Source of the DNA: an uncultured Acidobacteriaceae bacterium
GTDB taxonomy: Bacteria > Acidobacteriota > Terriglobia > Terriglobales > Acidobacteriaceae
Reading direction: 5' to 3'
Length of the DNA stretch: 64,000 bases
Assembly: GCA_963708335.1 (NCBI GenBank)
Contig: OY970205.1
Span: forward strand, 1,756,676 to 1,820,675
A program made the translations under genes and the position numbers. The notes under the pieces are model-generated. The model saw only the letters and a program-made list of their open reading frames with translations. It had not been told where the DNA came from and made no database searches. The first letter of the stretch is position 1, and each line of letters starts with the position of its first letter. Positions 37,125-45,570 of this stretch are shown in pieces.

Positions 37125-37948
37125 TCCATTCAGTTCAACCCCTCCGGAAAGGAATGCGCCTGGCACTGGTTCTTCTCGCCTGTGCTACATCTGCCCTGTG
37201 CTTAGCCGGCGCCAGTTCCGCGTCTCCAGAAGAACAGAAGTTGAACAGCCTCTTGGGACGCACGGCCGAGCAGACGGCAGTATTCCTCGATCAATTCGCA
37301 GACGTAAAGTGCACCGAGCAAGTACGCCAGGAGAAACTGGGCAAGGACAGCAAAGTGGAACTTAAGGAAGACTCCACTTATGACTACCTAGTCATCCTGA
37401 CGAATGCCGGGGGCGAACTGAATCTCTCGGAATCACGGATCCCCGTTCGTGAGGCGAAGCGGGACCGGCGCAATACTCCTATGCTGCTAAGCAACGGCTT
37501 CGCAACCCTGTTCCTTATTTTCCATCCTTATTATTCGGCTGCCTTCAAGTTCACCCTCGCCGGCGAGGAAGTCATTGGAGGCCTGACTCTGGAAAAAGTC
37601 CGCTTCGAGCACATCACAGGCATGAAATCGCCGGCGGCGCTTGCCCTGCGCGGAAGGGAGTATCCTCTTGAACTTTCAGGGATGGCGTGGGTCGACGCGC
37701 AGACTGGTTCAATCGCCAAAATCGAGGCCGGCATCGCAGACTCGCTCGCCGATGTCGGGATGAAATCGCTGGACTCCGAGATCGATTTTGCGCCGGTATC
37801 GTTCGCTGGGTCGAAGACAGCCTACTGGTTTCCGATCCAGGCGCGCGTAGAGGTCGAAACTCCCAGGCAGCACTGGCGTAACTTGCACCAATTTACCGCA
37901 TACAAGAGATTCTCAGTAACTACGGAAGAGCAGGTCACCACGAAATGA
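37121..37948 (+). CDS. secreted hypothetical protein
   Basis: The start overlaps the upstream stop (ATGA). Signal peptide MRLALVLLACATSALCLAGA. No domain recognised. Confidence 0.55.
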   Translation: MIHSVQPLRKGMRLALVLLACATSALCLAGASSASPEEQKLNSLLGRTAEQTAVFLDQFADVKCTEQVRQEKLGKDSKVELKEDSTYDYLVILTNAGGELNLSESRIPVREAKRDRRNTPMLLSNGFATLFLIFHPYYSAAFKFTLAGEEVIGGLTLEKVRFEHITGMKSPAALALRGREYPLELSGMAWVDAQTGSIAKIEAGIADSLADVGMKSLDSEIDFAPVSFAGSKTAYWFPIQARVEVETPRQHWRNLHQFTAYKRFSVTTEEQVTTK

Positions 37949-38898
37949 GCGCGAACGCCACCGCCACCGCACGTATAGTCGCCGGCGCCAAAACCGGCCC
38001 GGACTCCGAGCGCGGGCATAAGCTCCGCCTCCGCGCCTTGTACATGCTTGCTTTTGCCACGAACCTCGCGATCTTTATCTACGGCTTCGACTACTACAAA
38101 CTGTCGGCCATCGATCGTCCCTTTTCACCGAAGCATCACATGCTCCGCCCCAGCGGCCCGATTGGGCTGTATCTGGGATTCATGGGCGTAGCTTTGTTCG
38201 CTGGCATCTTCCTCTATCCGCTCCGCAAGCACTGGGCGTGGCTGGGGACGAAAGGCAGCACCCGGCATTGGCTCGATATTCATGTGCTGATGGGGCTGAC
38301 CGCGCCGTTCATCATTGCGTTTCACTCCACCCTGAAGTTCAAAGGCATTGCGGGAATGGCTTTCTGGATCATGTTCGCGGTGTCAGCCAGCGGAGTTGTA
38401 GGACGCTATCTCTATGCGCAAATTCCGCGCAAGATGAGCACCGCCGAACTGTCAATGCGGGAAGTCCAGGAGTTGCAAGAAACATTGTCGCAGCAGCTTG
38501 CGGCACAAAACCTTCTTCCTGCGGCCGACTTGCGCGCATTGCTGCGGATGCCGGATGCGAAGATGGTGACGCGCCTTCCCATCGTCGTCGCTTTGGTCTA
38601 TATGATGATTCTCGATGTGGTCCGCGTTTTCCGCGTCGCGCGGTTGCGTCGTCATGCACTCAGTTTCGGCGGGTACATGCAAACCTTGGCGGGATTCCTG
38701 CCTACACGCAATCGTGAGATCGAGAAAGCCATTCATGCGGCGGCGGAAGAAGCCGCGCTTTCCAAGAGAATCCTGTTCCTCTCGCGCTCGCAGAAAGTTT
38801 TTCACCTCTGGCACGTCGTGCATAAGCCGTTCAGCTACGCCTTCGCCGTGCTGGCGCTATTGCACATCGCACTGCAATTTGTTCTGGGATATTTCTGA
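37945..38898 (+). CDS. integral membrane protein with two His-x13-His helix pairs (candidate dihaem b-type electron carrier)
   Basis: The start overlaps the upstream stop (ATGA). About 6 TM. HVLMGLTAPFIIAFH and HKPFSYAFAVLALLH each place two His 14 residues apart inside predicted helices. Confidence 0.5.
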   Translation: MSANATATARIVAGAKTGPDSERGHKLRLRALYMLAFATNLAIFIYGFDYYKLSAIDRPFSPKHHMLRPSGPIGLYLGFMGVALFAGIFLYPLRKHWAWLGTKGSTRHWLDIHVLMGLTAPFIIAFHSTLKFKGIAGMAFWIMFAVSASGVVGRYLYAQIPRKMSTAELSMREVQELQETLSQQLAAQNLLPAADLRALLRMPDAKMVTRLPIVVALVYMMILDVVRVFRVARLRRHALSFGGYMQTLAGFLPTRNREIEKAIHAAAEEAALSKRILFLSRSQKVFHLWHVVHKPFSYAFAVLALLHIALQFVLGYF

Positions 38899-38907
38899 TT
38901 CGACTCC

Positions 38908-40299
38908 ATGGAAACCCTTATCACTTACGGCGTCGGCGGCCTCATTTGCCTCTTCTTTTTAGTCGGCTATCTGAAGCGTCTGAAGAAGGCCGAAGCCCGC
39001 GCCCGCGAGGCCGCCGAAAAAGGCAAGCTCTTTTCCGAAGGACCGAAGGCCCAGCATCCTCATATCGATTCGAACTATTGCATCGGCTGCGGAACCTGCA
39101 CTAGCGTCTGCCCCGAAGGTGACGTACTGGCGATGATTGCGGGCAAGGCGGTCATTGTGAATGGCCACAAGTGCATCGGTCATGGCCTGTGCGCGGATGC
39201 GTGCCCCGTCGGCGCGATCACGATGGTGATGGCCAGCCCGAGCATGGCCGCCGACATGCCCCATCTCACGCCGGAGTACGAGACCACCATCCCGAACCTT
39301 TTTATTGTCGGCGAACTCGGCGGGCTGGCTCTGATCAAGAACGCCGTGAATCAGGGACGCGACTGCGTTGACACGATTGCCGCGCGCCTCAAGACAAGAT
39401 CTGCCCAGGCCATCCCTGGCGTTTACGACGTCTTAATCGTTGGCGCGGGGCCGGCCGGCATCAGCGCGTCGCTGCGCGCCATAGAAAGCAAACTCAATTA
39501 CATCACGCTCGAGCGCGACGAAGTTGGCGGCACGGTCGCCAAGTATCCGCGACAAAAACTCGTGATGACGAGCCCCGTCGAATTTCCCATGTACGGCAAG
39601 TTCAAGAAGTTGCAGCTTTCCAAAGAACACCTGCTGGCCTTCTGGGACATGATTCTGAACCGCGCTGATTTCAATGTGTCGACCGGCGAGAAGGTTGAGG
39701 ACATCACGAAGGACGACAAGGGCATCTTCACGGTCATCTCCGCGACCAATCAGTATCGTGCGCGGTCGGTCATTCTCGGGCTTGGCCGGGCCGGAGAGCC
39801 ACGCAAGCTCGGCGTTAAAGGCGAGCAACTGCCCAAAGTGATGTACCGCTTGATCGAGGCAGATCACTACATCAACAAAAAGATTCTTGTCGTCGGGGGC
39901 GGCGACAGCGCGGTCGAAGCCGCTCTCGGACTCGCCAACCAGACCGGAAACCAGGTGACGCTCTCGTACCGCAGCGAGCGCTTTAGCCGCATCAAGGAAC
40001 GGAATGCCAATCGCGTCGAAGAGTGCATGCGCTCAGGAAAAGTCCGTGTGTTGTTTAATTCCAATCCGGTTGAATTCAAACCCGAATCAGTATCGATCGA
40101 CGTGAACGGCGCCAGACAAGAAATTCCCAATGATTTTGTCTGGATCTTCGCGGGAGGAAATCCACCCACAGCCTTCCTTAAAAAGATCGGCATAGGTTTC
40201 GGAGCTCGCGACCTGACCCTCGAGGCCAGCAGAGAAGCGAAGCAGGCCAATGAAGACCGCAAGCAATTCGCCCAGGCACATGCTGCGCCGGCTCGCTGA
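38908..40299 (+). CDS. membrane-anchored 2x[4Fe-4S] ferredoxin-domain + FAD/NAD(P)-binding oxidoreductase
   Basis: N-terminal TM helix followed by Lys/Arg-rich sequence. CIGCGTCTSVCP and CIGHGLCADACP. DVLIVGAGPAGISA (FAD). ILVVGGGDSAVEAA (NAD(P)). Confidence 0.75.
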   Translation: METLITYGVGGLICLFFLVGYLKRLKKAEARAREAAEKGKLFSEGPKAQHPHIDSNYCIGCGTCTSVCPEGDVLAMIAGKAVIVNGHKCIGHGLCADACPVGAITMVMASPSMAADMPHLTPEYETTIPNLFIVGELGGLALIKNAVNQGRDCVDTIAARLKTRSAQAIPGVYDVLIVGAGPAGISASLRAIESKLNYITLERDEVGGTVAKYPRQKLVMTSPVEFPMYGKFKKLQLSKEHLLAFWDMILNRADFNVSTGEKVEDITKDDKGIFTVISATNQYRARSVILGLGRAGEPRKLGVKGEQLPKVMYRLIEADHYINKKILVVGGGDSAVEAALGLANQTGNQVTLSYRSERFSRIKERNANRVEECMRSGKVRVLFNSNPVEFKPESVSIDVNGARQEIPNDFVWIFAGGNPPTAFLKKIGIGFGARDLTLEASREAKQANEDRKQFAQAHAAPAR

Positions 40300-40754
40300 C
40301 TCCTGCCTCGTTCGGCCACACCGTCGGACTGGCCCTTCGCAGACAAGTCAATGCCTCTGTTCGACAGGTCACTCTCGCACGACTAGGTTCCTCGCAGGCC
40401 GACGTCGTTCCACGTTCGAAGCTCCAGCTCCCCGCGCTTTTCGTCGCTCAGAAACTTTGAGAGTGCAAAGGTGACCGCGAGGACGATCGGTCCGATGAAC
40501 GGTGAAGAATGAATGCTCGCAACCTCGGTCTACACTGCGGAGTTTCGGCATTCGAGATCACCTTATCCAAAAAGGCGTGCATCATGCTGACTGCGACTCC
40601 GCCGACTTTCCCAAGGACGCGGCGAGGATTTCTCAAAGGCATACGCTTGCACGCTGCGCACTCTTAGAAAACGGATCGCAGAATGGGCTAGACGATGCGG
40701 AGCGATGTCTCCCGTACAACCCCAGAAGGACGAAGAAGGCAGAGCGAAACAAGA

Positions 40755-41501
40755 CTAGTTCTCCGCATAGACCGGCCCGGCCTGGCGAGAGGGTGGATCG
40801 GCGACAGCGCGGATATAGGAAATCAGCGCCTGTACATCAGACTTGCTGAGCGTGTTTCCCCAGGCCGGCATGAGGGCCGATTTGTTGAGGGCCGGACCTC
40901 CATAGCTGATGATCGCGGTGAGGTCGGCGTCGCTGATTTTGTTCAGCGTATCTCCTTCGGTGAAGGGGTGAGGCTTGACCTCGAGGTTGTCATAGTTGGA
41001 GACGCGCTCGACCGTAGACTCGGGATTGTGGCAGCGTTCGCAGTATTGATCGTTGAGTCGGCGTCCGAGGGTTTGCTGATAGCCGAGTGCGATCTCTTCT
41101 ATCTTTAATTCCACCTTTCTGTGGGACTTGTCGATCGTCGAGGCGACGAGTTGGTAACGGCCCGCCATGCCTCCGAGAGATACATTGGTCGTGACTTGGC
41201 CGCTGGAGTCGGTAAGCCCGCTGGCGGGATCGAACGTTACCCCGGGGATCGCTGCGAATTCGACTAGAGCTCCGGATACGGCAGCTCCCTGCTCGTCGTT
41301 TACCTGGACTACGACTGGTTGCGGCAACCAGGCGCCGGTCTGCGCGAACTGTTTTCCGCCGCTGGATTCGATGATCGCGGCGCCGAAAGCCGTGGGCTTG
41401 GGCAGAGGTGCGGACTCGGTCTTACGCGAACAGGAAATAGCCAGCGATGTTGCCAGCACCGCGACAACGAAGGTACCGATTGTATGGAAGTGGCGCGTCA
41501 T
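40755..41501 (-). CDS. lipoprotein with Ig-like domain and C-terminal monohaem cytochrome c domain
   Basis: Lipobox-like LAISC. Single CERCH with a distal Met region (ALMPAWG). The start overlaps the upstream stop (ATGA). Confidence 0.7.
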   Translation of the reverse strand: MTRHFHTIGTFVVAVLATSLAISCSRKTESAPLPKPTAFGAAIIESSGGKQFAQTGAWLPQPVVVQVNDEQGAAVSGALVEFAAIPGVTFDPASGLTDSSGQVTTNVSLGGMAGRYQLVASTIDKSHRKVELKIEEIALGYQQTLGRRLNDQYCERCHNPESTVERVSNYDNLEVKPHPFTEGDTLNKISDADLTAIISYGGPALNKSALMPAWGNTLSKSDVQALISYIRAVADPPSRQAGPVYAEN

Positions 41502-43543
41502 TTCTTGGCGACCTCCGGTTTGGCTCCGCCTTTTTGCGAGATCAGAAATGCGGTCAGAGCGCGCGCATCGTCGTCAGTCATGGCGCGGTTCGGCTCCACG
41601 GTACCCGGGCGCAGAGCCTGCGGATTTTTCATCCACTGGTAGATCCAGGCGGCGGTAAGGCGCGAGCCAACCTGCGTCAGCGTGGGGCCGATGTAGCCCT
41701 TGTCTGTCTTGGTGTCGAGGATGTGGCATCCCTGGCAGGAATACTTGCCATAGAACAGTTGCTTCCCGAGTTCCACCTCGCCTTGGGAGTAGCCGCTCAA
41801 CGGCATGGAGTCGCGATCAACTGACGGATTCTGATACACGGTCATGATGTAGTCGGTGAGTTCGTTGATTTCGGAATCGGTCAGGTTGAAGCGTGGCATG
41901 CGGCGAATCAGCGCCGGACGCAGCGTTCCTGGATTCTTGAAAAACTGCACCAGCCACTCGCGCTGGACGGAACTGCCTTCCCAGGTCAGGTCCGGCGCCA
42001 TGTCGCCACCGCGCCCGTTGATGCGATGGCAACTGAAGCAGGCTAAGTCAGACATCAGTTTCCCGGCTTTGCCGGCAGGCTGGTAATCCGACTCGGGGAC
42101 TGCGGCAACAGCCAGGGATGCTGGCAAAGTAGTCGAACGCTCGTTCAGAGCCAGCAACGCTGTGGTCAGTGCATCGATCTGCGTCGGCGTGAAGCTGTAT
42201 TGCGGCATTCGCAGGTTCGGCGAAAATGCCCGTGGTTCTTTGATTTTGCCCGCAAGGTAATCGGGAAGGGTGTGCGGCATCCCGGGCAGAAAAATGAGCT
42301 GGGTAATCGACTTGCTGCCAATGCGGCTGAGTTCCGGAGCGAAGTTTTCCGGCTTCTTGATTCCGGCGATTTCGTGGCAGGAGGCGCAGCCATAGTCCGA
42401 TACGAGGCGCTTGCCGTGCGCGATCTGCTCGGGAGTAGCCGCATCCAAGTGAACGTTGGCAAGGAGATCGGAATCCGCCTTCGCGAGAAGGAATCCGGAT
42501 AAGGTCGCGACCTGCGGATCGTTGAAGCGATAGTGCGGCATCGCCGTGCCGGGATCGTATACGCGCGGATTTTTCAGCCAGCCTTGCAGCCACTCCGGCT
42601 TCACTTTGCTGCCAATGCGCGTCAGTTCCGGACCAACATCACCACCAACCACGTTCCCCGCCGCATTCTGCACAGCGTGGCACGAGGCGCAAAAGGATTC
42701 ACCATAAAGGCTGGGGCCGGCAGTAGGATCAGCGGCGGGCTTGCCGGAGAGACTGGCAGAGTCTCCCGGCACGGCCGTGCTATTGGCGACCAGGAAAGCG
42801 GAGATGTCGCGCGCATCGTCGTCACTCAACTTGAAATTCGGCATCGTGGCGCTGACCGCATAGGCTCGCGGATCTTTCAGCCACGCGTAAATCCACTCTC
42901 GCGTGGTCTTGTCGGCAATGTGCGAAAGAGAGGGCGCATCGTCACTGGCTTTGAGCGTGCTGCCATCGGGCAGTTTCACCGTATGACAGTTGACACAACC
43001 GTAGCGAGAGAGCAGGTTGCGTCCCTGATTGAGAACAGGAGTTCCTGGCAACGGACCGCGGTGGCATTCCCCACAGGAAGACTCGATGTATTTGGCCGGA
43101 AGAATGGGCTGCTCCCAGGCGAGCGTACTGTTATGCGCTTCAGATACGGTAGTCGCAGCGCCCTGCCCGCGATGACACACGGTGCAGCCGAACTGGTCGA
43201 GCTTGTGCGGAATCACGGGATGAGTGCGGAAGGGTTGGGTAGAAACATCGGTAAGACTGGGTTCCTTCAGTCCGACGTGGCAACTGGTGCAGCGGTCCAC
43301 GACTCCAAGTTCTGGAAGCCAGATCTGCTGAATCCCTGGCTTGAAGTGCCTCTGCAGGGTGTTGGCCTCGCTGCGGTTGCGAATCGTCTTCAGATACCCG
43401 TGCTGATAGTGGCGCCACTCGCTGAAAAAGTTCTTCGCGGGAGCGATCGCCAGCGATGCGAGAAAAATGACGCTGATCACACCGAAGGCGCGCACGCTGT
43501 CGCCGAATAACTTATGCCATATCGATGTGAATTTCTGTCTCAT
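41498..43543 (-). CDS. membrane-anchored octahaem cytochrome c (4 N-terminal haems + 4 class-I-like domains)
   Basis: TM helix FGVISVIFLASLAIAP. 8 CxxCH (CTSCH, CTVCH, CGECH, CVNCH, CASCH x2, CFSCH, CQGCH). ATG 43543 is preferred over GTG 43606, which would overlap the upstream gene by 44 nt. Confidence 0.8.
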   Translation of the reverse strand: MRQKFTSIWHKLFGDSVRAFGVISVIFLASLAIAPAKNFFSEWRHYQHGYLKTIRNRSEANTLQRHFKPGIQQIWLPELGVVDRCTSCHVGLKEPSLTDVSTQPFRTHPVIPHKLDQFGCTVCHRGQGAATTVSEAHNSTLAWEQPILPAKYIESSCGECHRGPLPGTPVLNQGRNLLSRYGCVNCHTVKLPDGSTLKASDDAPSLSHIADKTTREWIYAWLKDPRAYAVSATMPNFKLSDDDARDISAFLVANSTAVPGDSASLSGKPAADPTAGPSLYGESFCASCHAVQNAAGNVVGGDVGPELTRIGSKVKPEWLQGWLKNPRVYDPGTAMPHYRFNDPQVATLSGFLLAKADSDLLANVHLDAATPEQIAHGKRLVSDYGCASCHEIAGIKKPENFAPELSRIGSKSITQLIFLPGMPHTLPDYLAGKIKEPRAFSPNLRMPQYSFTPTQIDALTTALLALNERSTTLPASLAVAAVPESDYQPAGKAGKLMSDLACFSCHRINGRGGDMAPDLTWEGSSVQREWLVQFFKNPGTLRPALIRRMPRFNLTDSEINELTDYIMTVYQNPSVDRDSMPLSGYSQGEVELGKQLFYGKYSCQGCHILDTKTDKGYIGPTLTQVGSRLTAAWIYQWMKNPQALRPGTVEPNRAMTDDDARALTAFLISQKGGAKPEVAKK

Positions 43544-43562
43544 GTCTGCTGCATCCTTGTCC

Positions 43563-44270
43563 TTAAGACCCCTGCCACGGCCATATCCACGACCAACCCG
43601 GACCACGGAAAAATGTGCCGATGGCAGTAAGCACGATGAGTTCGAATAAAAACCAGGTCATCACCCAATACGAAAGCGGTCGCGCGACCAGATACCGCCG
43701 GAAGCCTGAAATCGATTGGGGAGAGCTATACGCTGCAACAAGCATCACCGCGCCCATGATCACAGTCGGAACTAGGGCCGCGTAGACTTTGAAAAAAAGC
43801 AGGAATAGTGAAAGAAGAATCGCCACGCCATAGAAAATGCGCAGGCGGCGCTGGCGGTCTTTCAGGAATAGTCCATCGGCCTCGATATTGACTTTGAAGT
43901 AAGGAATGACAATCAACGCCATGACGACAAGTCCGGGCGCAAGCACGCCCGCAACCACCGGCGGAAAATAATGCAGCATCTCCTGCAGGCCGAGAAAGTA
44001 CCACGGCGCTTTTGCGGGATTCGGCGTGTGCGAAGGGTCAGCCAGGCCTTCGAGCGGAGCGTTAAAGATCAGCGCAATCCAAACCAGGGCGACGGCCAGC
44101 GTCATCACCGCAACCGCCGCGCGGAATAGCACCTCGGGAAAAGTCTGGACCTGGTCTTCGGTCTCGGCCTTCACCTGCGCCGAGGTGCGCCGCGTGACGA
44201 AGACAATCCGTCGCGGAGATTTCTTCGCGTTCGAGTCGATGCCGGCGATGAAGTCCTTGGACTCTGCCAT
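43563..44270 (-). CDS. cytochrome b C-terminal (subunit IV-like) membrane protein
   Basis: PNPAKAPWYFLGLQEMLHYFP (PEWY-type Qo-site motif region). Multiple TM helices. The start overlaps the cytochrome b stop (TAATG). Confidence 0.7.
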   Translation of the reverse strand: MAESKDFIAGIDSNAKKSPRRIVFVTRRTSAQVKAETEDQVQTFPEVLFRAAVAVMTLAVALVWIALIFNAPLEGLADPSHTPNPAKAPWYFLGLQEMLHYFPPVVAGVLAPGLVVMALIVIPYFKVNIEADGLFLKDRQRRLRIFYGVAILLSLFLLFFKVYAALVPTVIMGAVMLVAAYSSPQSISGFRRYLVARPLSYWVMTWFLFELIVLTAIGTFFRGPGWSWIWPWQGS

Positions 44271-45058
44271 TACTGCGCTCCCTTCTCATTTCGTGCGGCA
44301 GCTTCGGCTCGCACGACGGCAGGTTCGCTCGCATGCGAGTACAGTCCACCATCTTTGCGAATCCGCCAGAAATGGATGGCGACGAAGAACAATGCAGCGA
44401 GCGGAAGGATCATGCAGTGCAGCACGTAGAAACGCAGCAGCGCGTTGGCGTTGACCGCGTTTCCACCCAGCAGGAGAAAGTGGATCTTTTCGCCCATCAC
44501 TGGAACCGCCGATGCAATGTTCGATCCCACCGTAATTGCCCAATACGCCAGTTGATCCCAGGGAAGCAGGTAGCCGGTGTAGCTGAGCAGCAGAGTAATG
44601 AGAAGCAGGACAACTCCGATCACCCAATTGAATTCGCGAGGCGGCCGGTATGCGCCGCGGTAGAACACCTTGAACATGTGCGCGAACACCAGAAACACCA
44701 TGGCGTGCGCGGACCAGCGATGCAGGTTGCGTAGAAATAATCCAGAGGAGACTACGAACTGCAGGTCTTTCGTGTCGGCGTAAGCCTGCGGTACCGACGG
44801 GTGATAGTAGAACATCAGCGGAATCCCGGTCGCGACCAGGATGAGAAATGTGCCGAGCGTCAGCGTGCCCAGATACCAGGTCGCGCTGAAACTCAGCATG
44901 CGCGTGCGCACCTTGGTGGAAAACAGATGCAGGAACACATTCTGCTGAATGGCCAGGGAGCGCTTTAGAGTGCTCGAACCGACGCCGCTGCGGAAGATCG
45001 AGCGCCACACTCGTGTTTCGCGCAGATCGTTGAAGTATTGGTCTGCTGTTTTCGCCAT
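44270..45058 (-). CDS. cytochrome b (b6-type N-terminal four-helix haem domain)
   Basis: [15 protein letters not shown] (His-x13-His) and [16 protein letters not shown] (His-x14-His). WFRSIH-like N-terminus. LPWDQLAYW. Confidence 0.85.
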   Translation of the reverse strand: MAKTADQYFNDLRETRVWRSIFRSGVGSSTLKRSLAIQQNVFLHLFSTKVRTRMLSFSATWYLGTLTLGTFLILVATGIPLMFYYHPSVPQAYADTKDLQFVVSSGLFLRNLHRWSAHAMVFLVFAHMFKVFYRGAYRPPREFNWVIGVVLLLITLLLSYTGYLLPWDQLAYWAITVGSNIASAVPVMGEKIHFLLLGGNAVNANALLRFYVLHCMILPLAALFFVAIHFWRIRKDGGLYSHASEPAVVRAEAAARNEKGAQ

Positions 45059-45060
45059 GC

Positions 45061-45558
45061 TTAAACCCTCACGAACTGCATAGGCGGGATGTCGGTGGAA
45101 CGGTCCACCAGCAAGTCTCCGTCGTCATTGAGCCACATGCGCTTCCACGGCAGCGGCTTGGGCGCGGGACCCTCGATTTTGTCGCCTGGTTTGTGATTGC
45201 CCTGCTGCTGAACGTAGAACTTGCTGCCGTGACAGGGGCACGCGATGATGCCCAATTCCGGCTTCCACGCTGTCAGGCAACCTAAATGCGTACACACCGC
45301 GCTGAGCGAGAAATACCCCTCCTGCGAGTGAATAATGAAAATGCCGGTGTTCGCATCAAGCGTGACGGAGTCAAGCGGATAGCGGTCGGGCTTTCCGGCG
45401 TTCACCACCGGAGACGGCTCAAAAAGTACATTCGGCTCGAGGTATTGATACGCGAACGCCGCCGTGCCGGCGGCGGCAATGCTTAACGAGCCGAGCCCGA
45501 GTTTCAGAAAGAATTGACGGCGGTTGACATCGTCAGTCGGTTTTGGTTCCTCTGCCAT
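45061..45558 (-). CDS. Rieske [2Fe-2S] protein with Tat signal
   Basis: [13 protein letters not shown] twin-Arg leader. CTHLGC ... CPCHGS. Confidence 0.9.
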   Translation of the reverse strand: MAEEPKPTDDVNRRQFFLKLGLGSLSIAAAGTAAFAYQYLEPNVLFEPSPVVNAGKPDRYPLDSVTLDANTGIFIIHSQEGYFSLSAVCTHLGCLTAWKPELGIIACPCHGSKFYVQQQGNHKPGDKIEGPAPKPLPWKRMWLNDDGDLLVDRSTDIPPMQFVRV

Positions 45559-45570
45559 ATTGCCTCGCGC

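Noticed and set aside
40448-40642. 64-aa minus-strand ORF in the gap between the convergent redox clusters. Its N-terminus (GKVGGVAVSMMHAFLDKVISNAETPQ) faintly recalls the PspA/IM30 N-terminal helix.
   Set aside because: It is too short and the resemblance is weak. The remainder is Arg/Ser-rich nonsense. At most it is a gene remnant.
42533-43510. 325-aa ORF on the plus strand
   Set aside because: Antisense to the octahaem cytochrome gene. No motifs.
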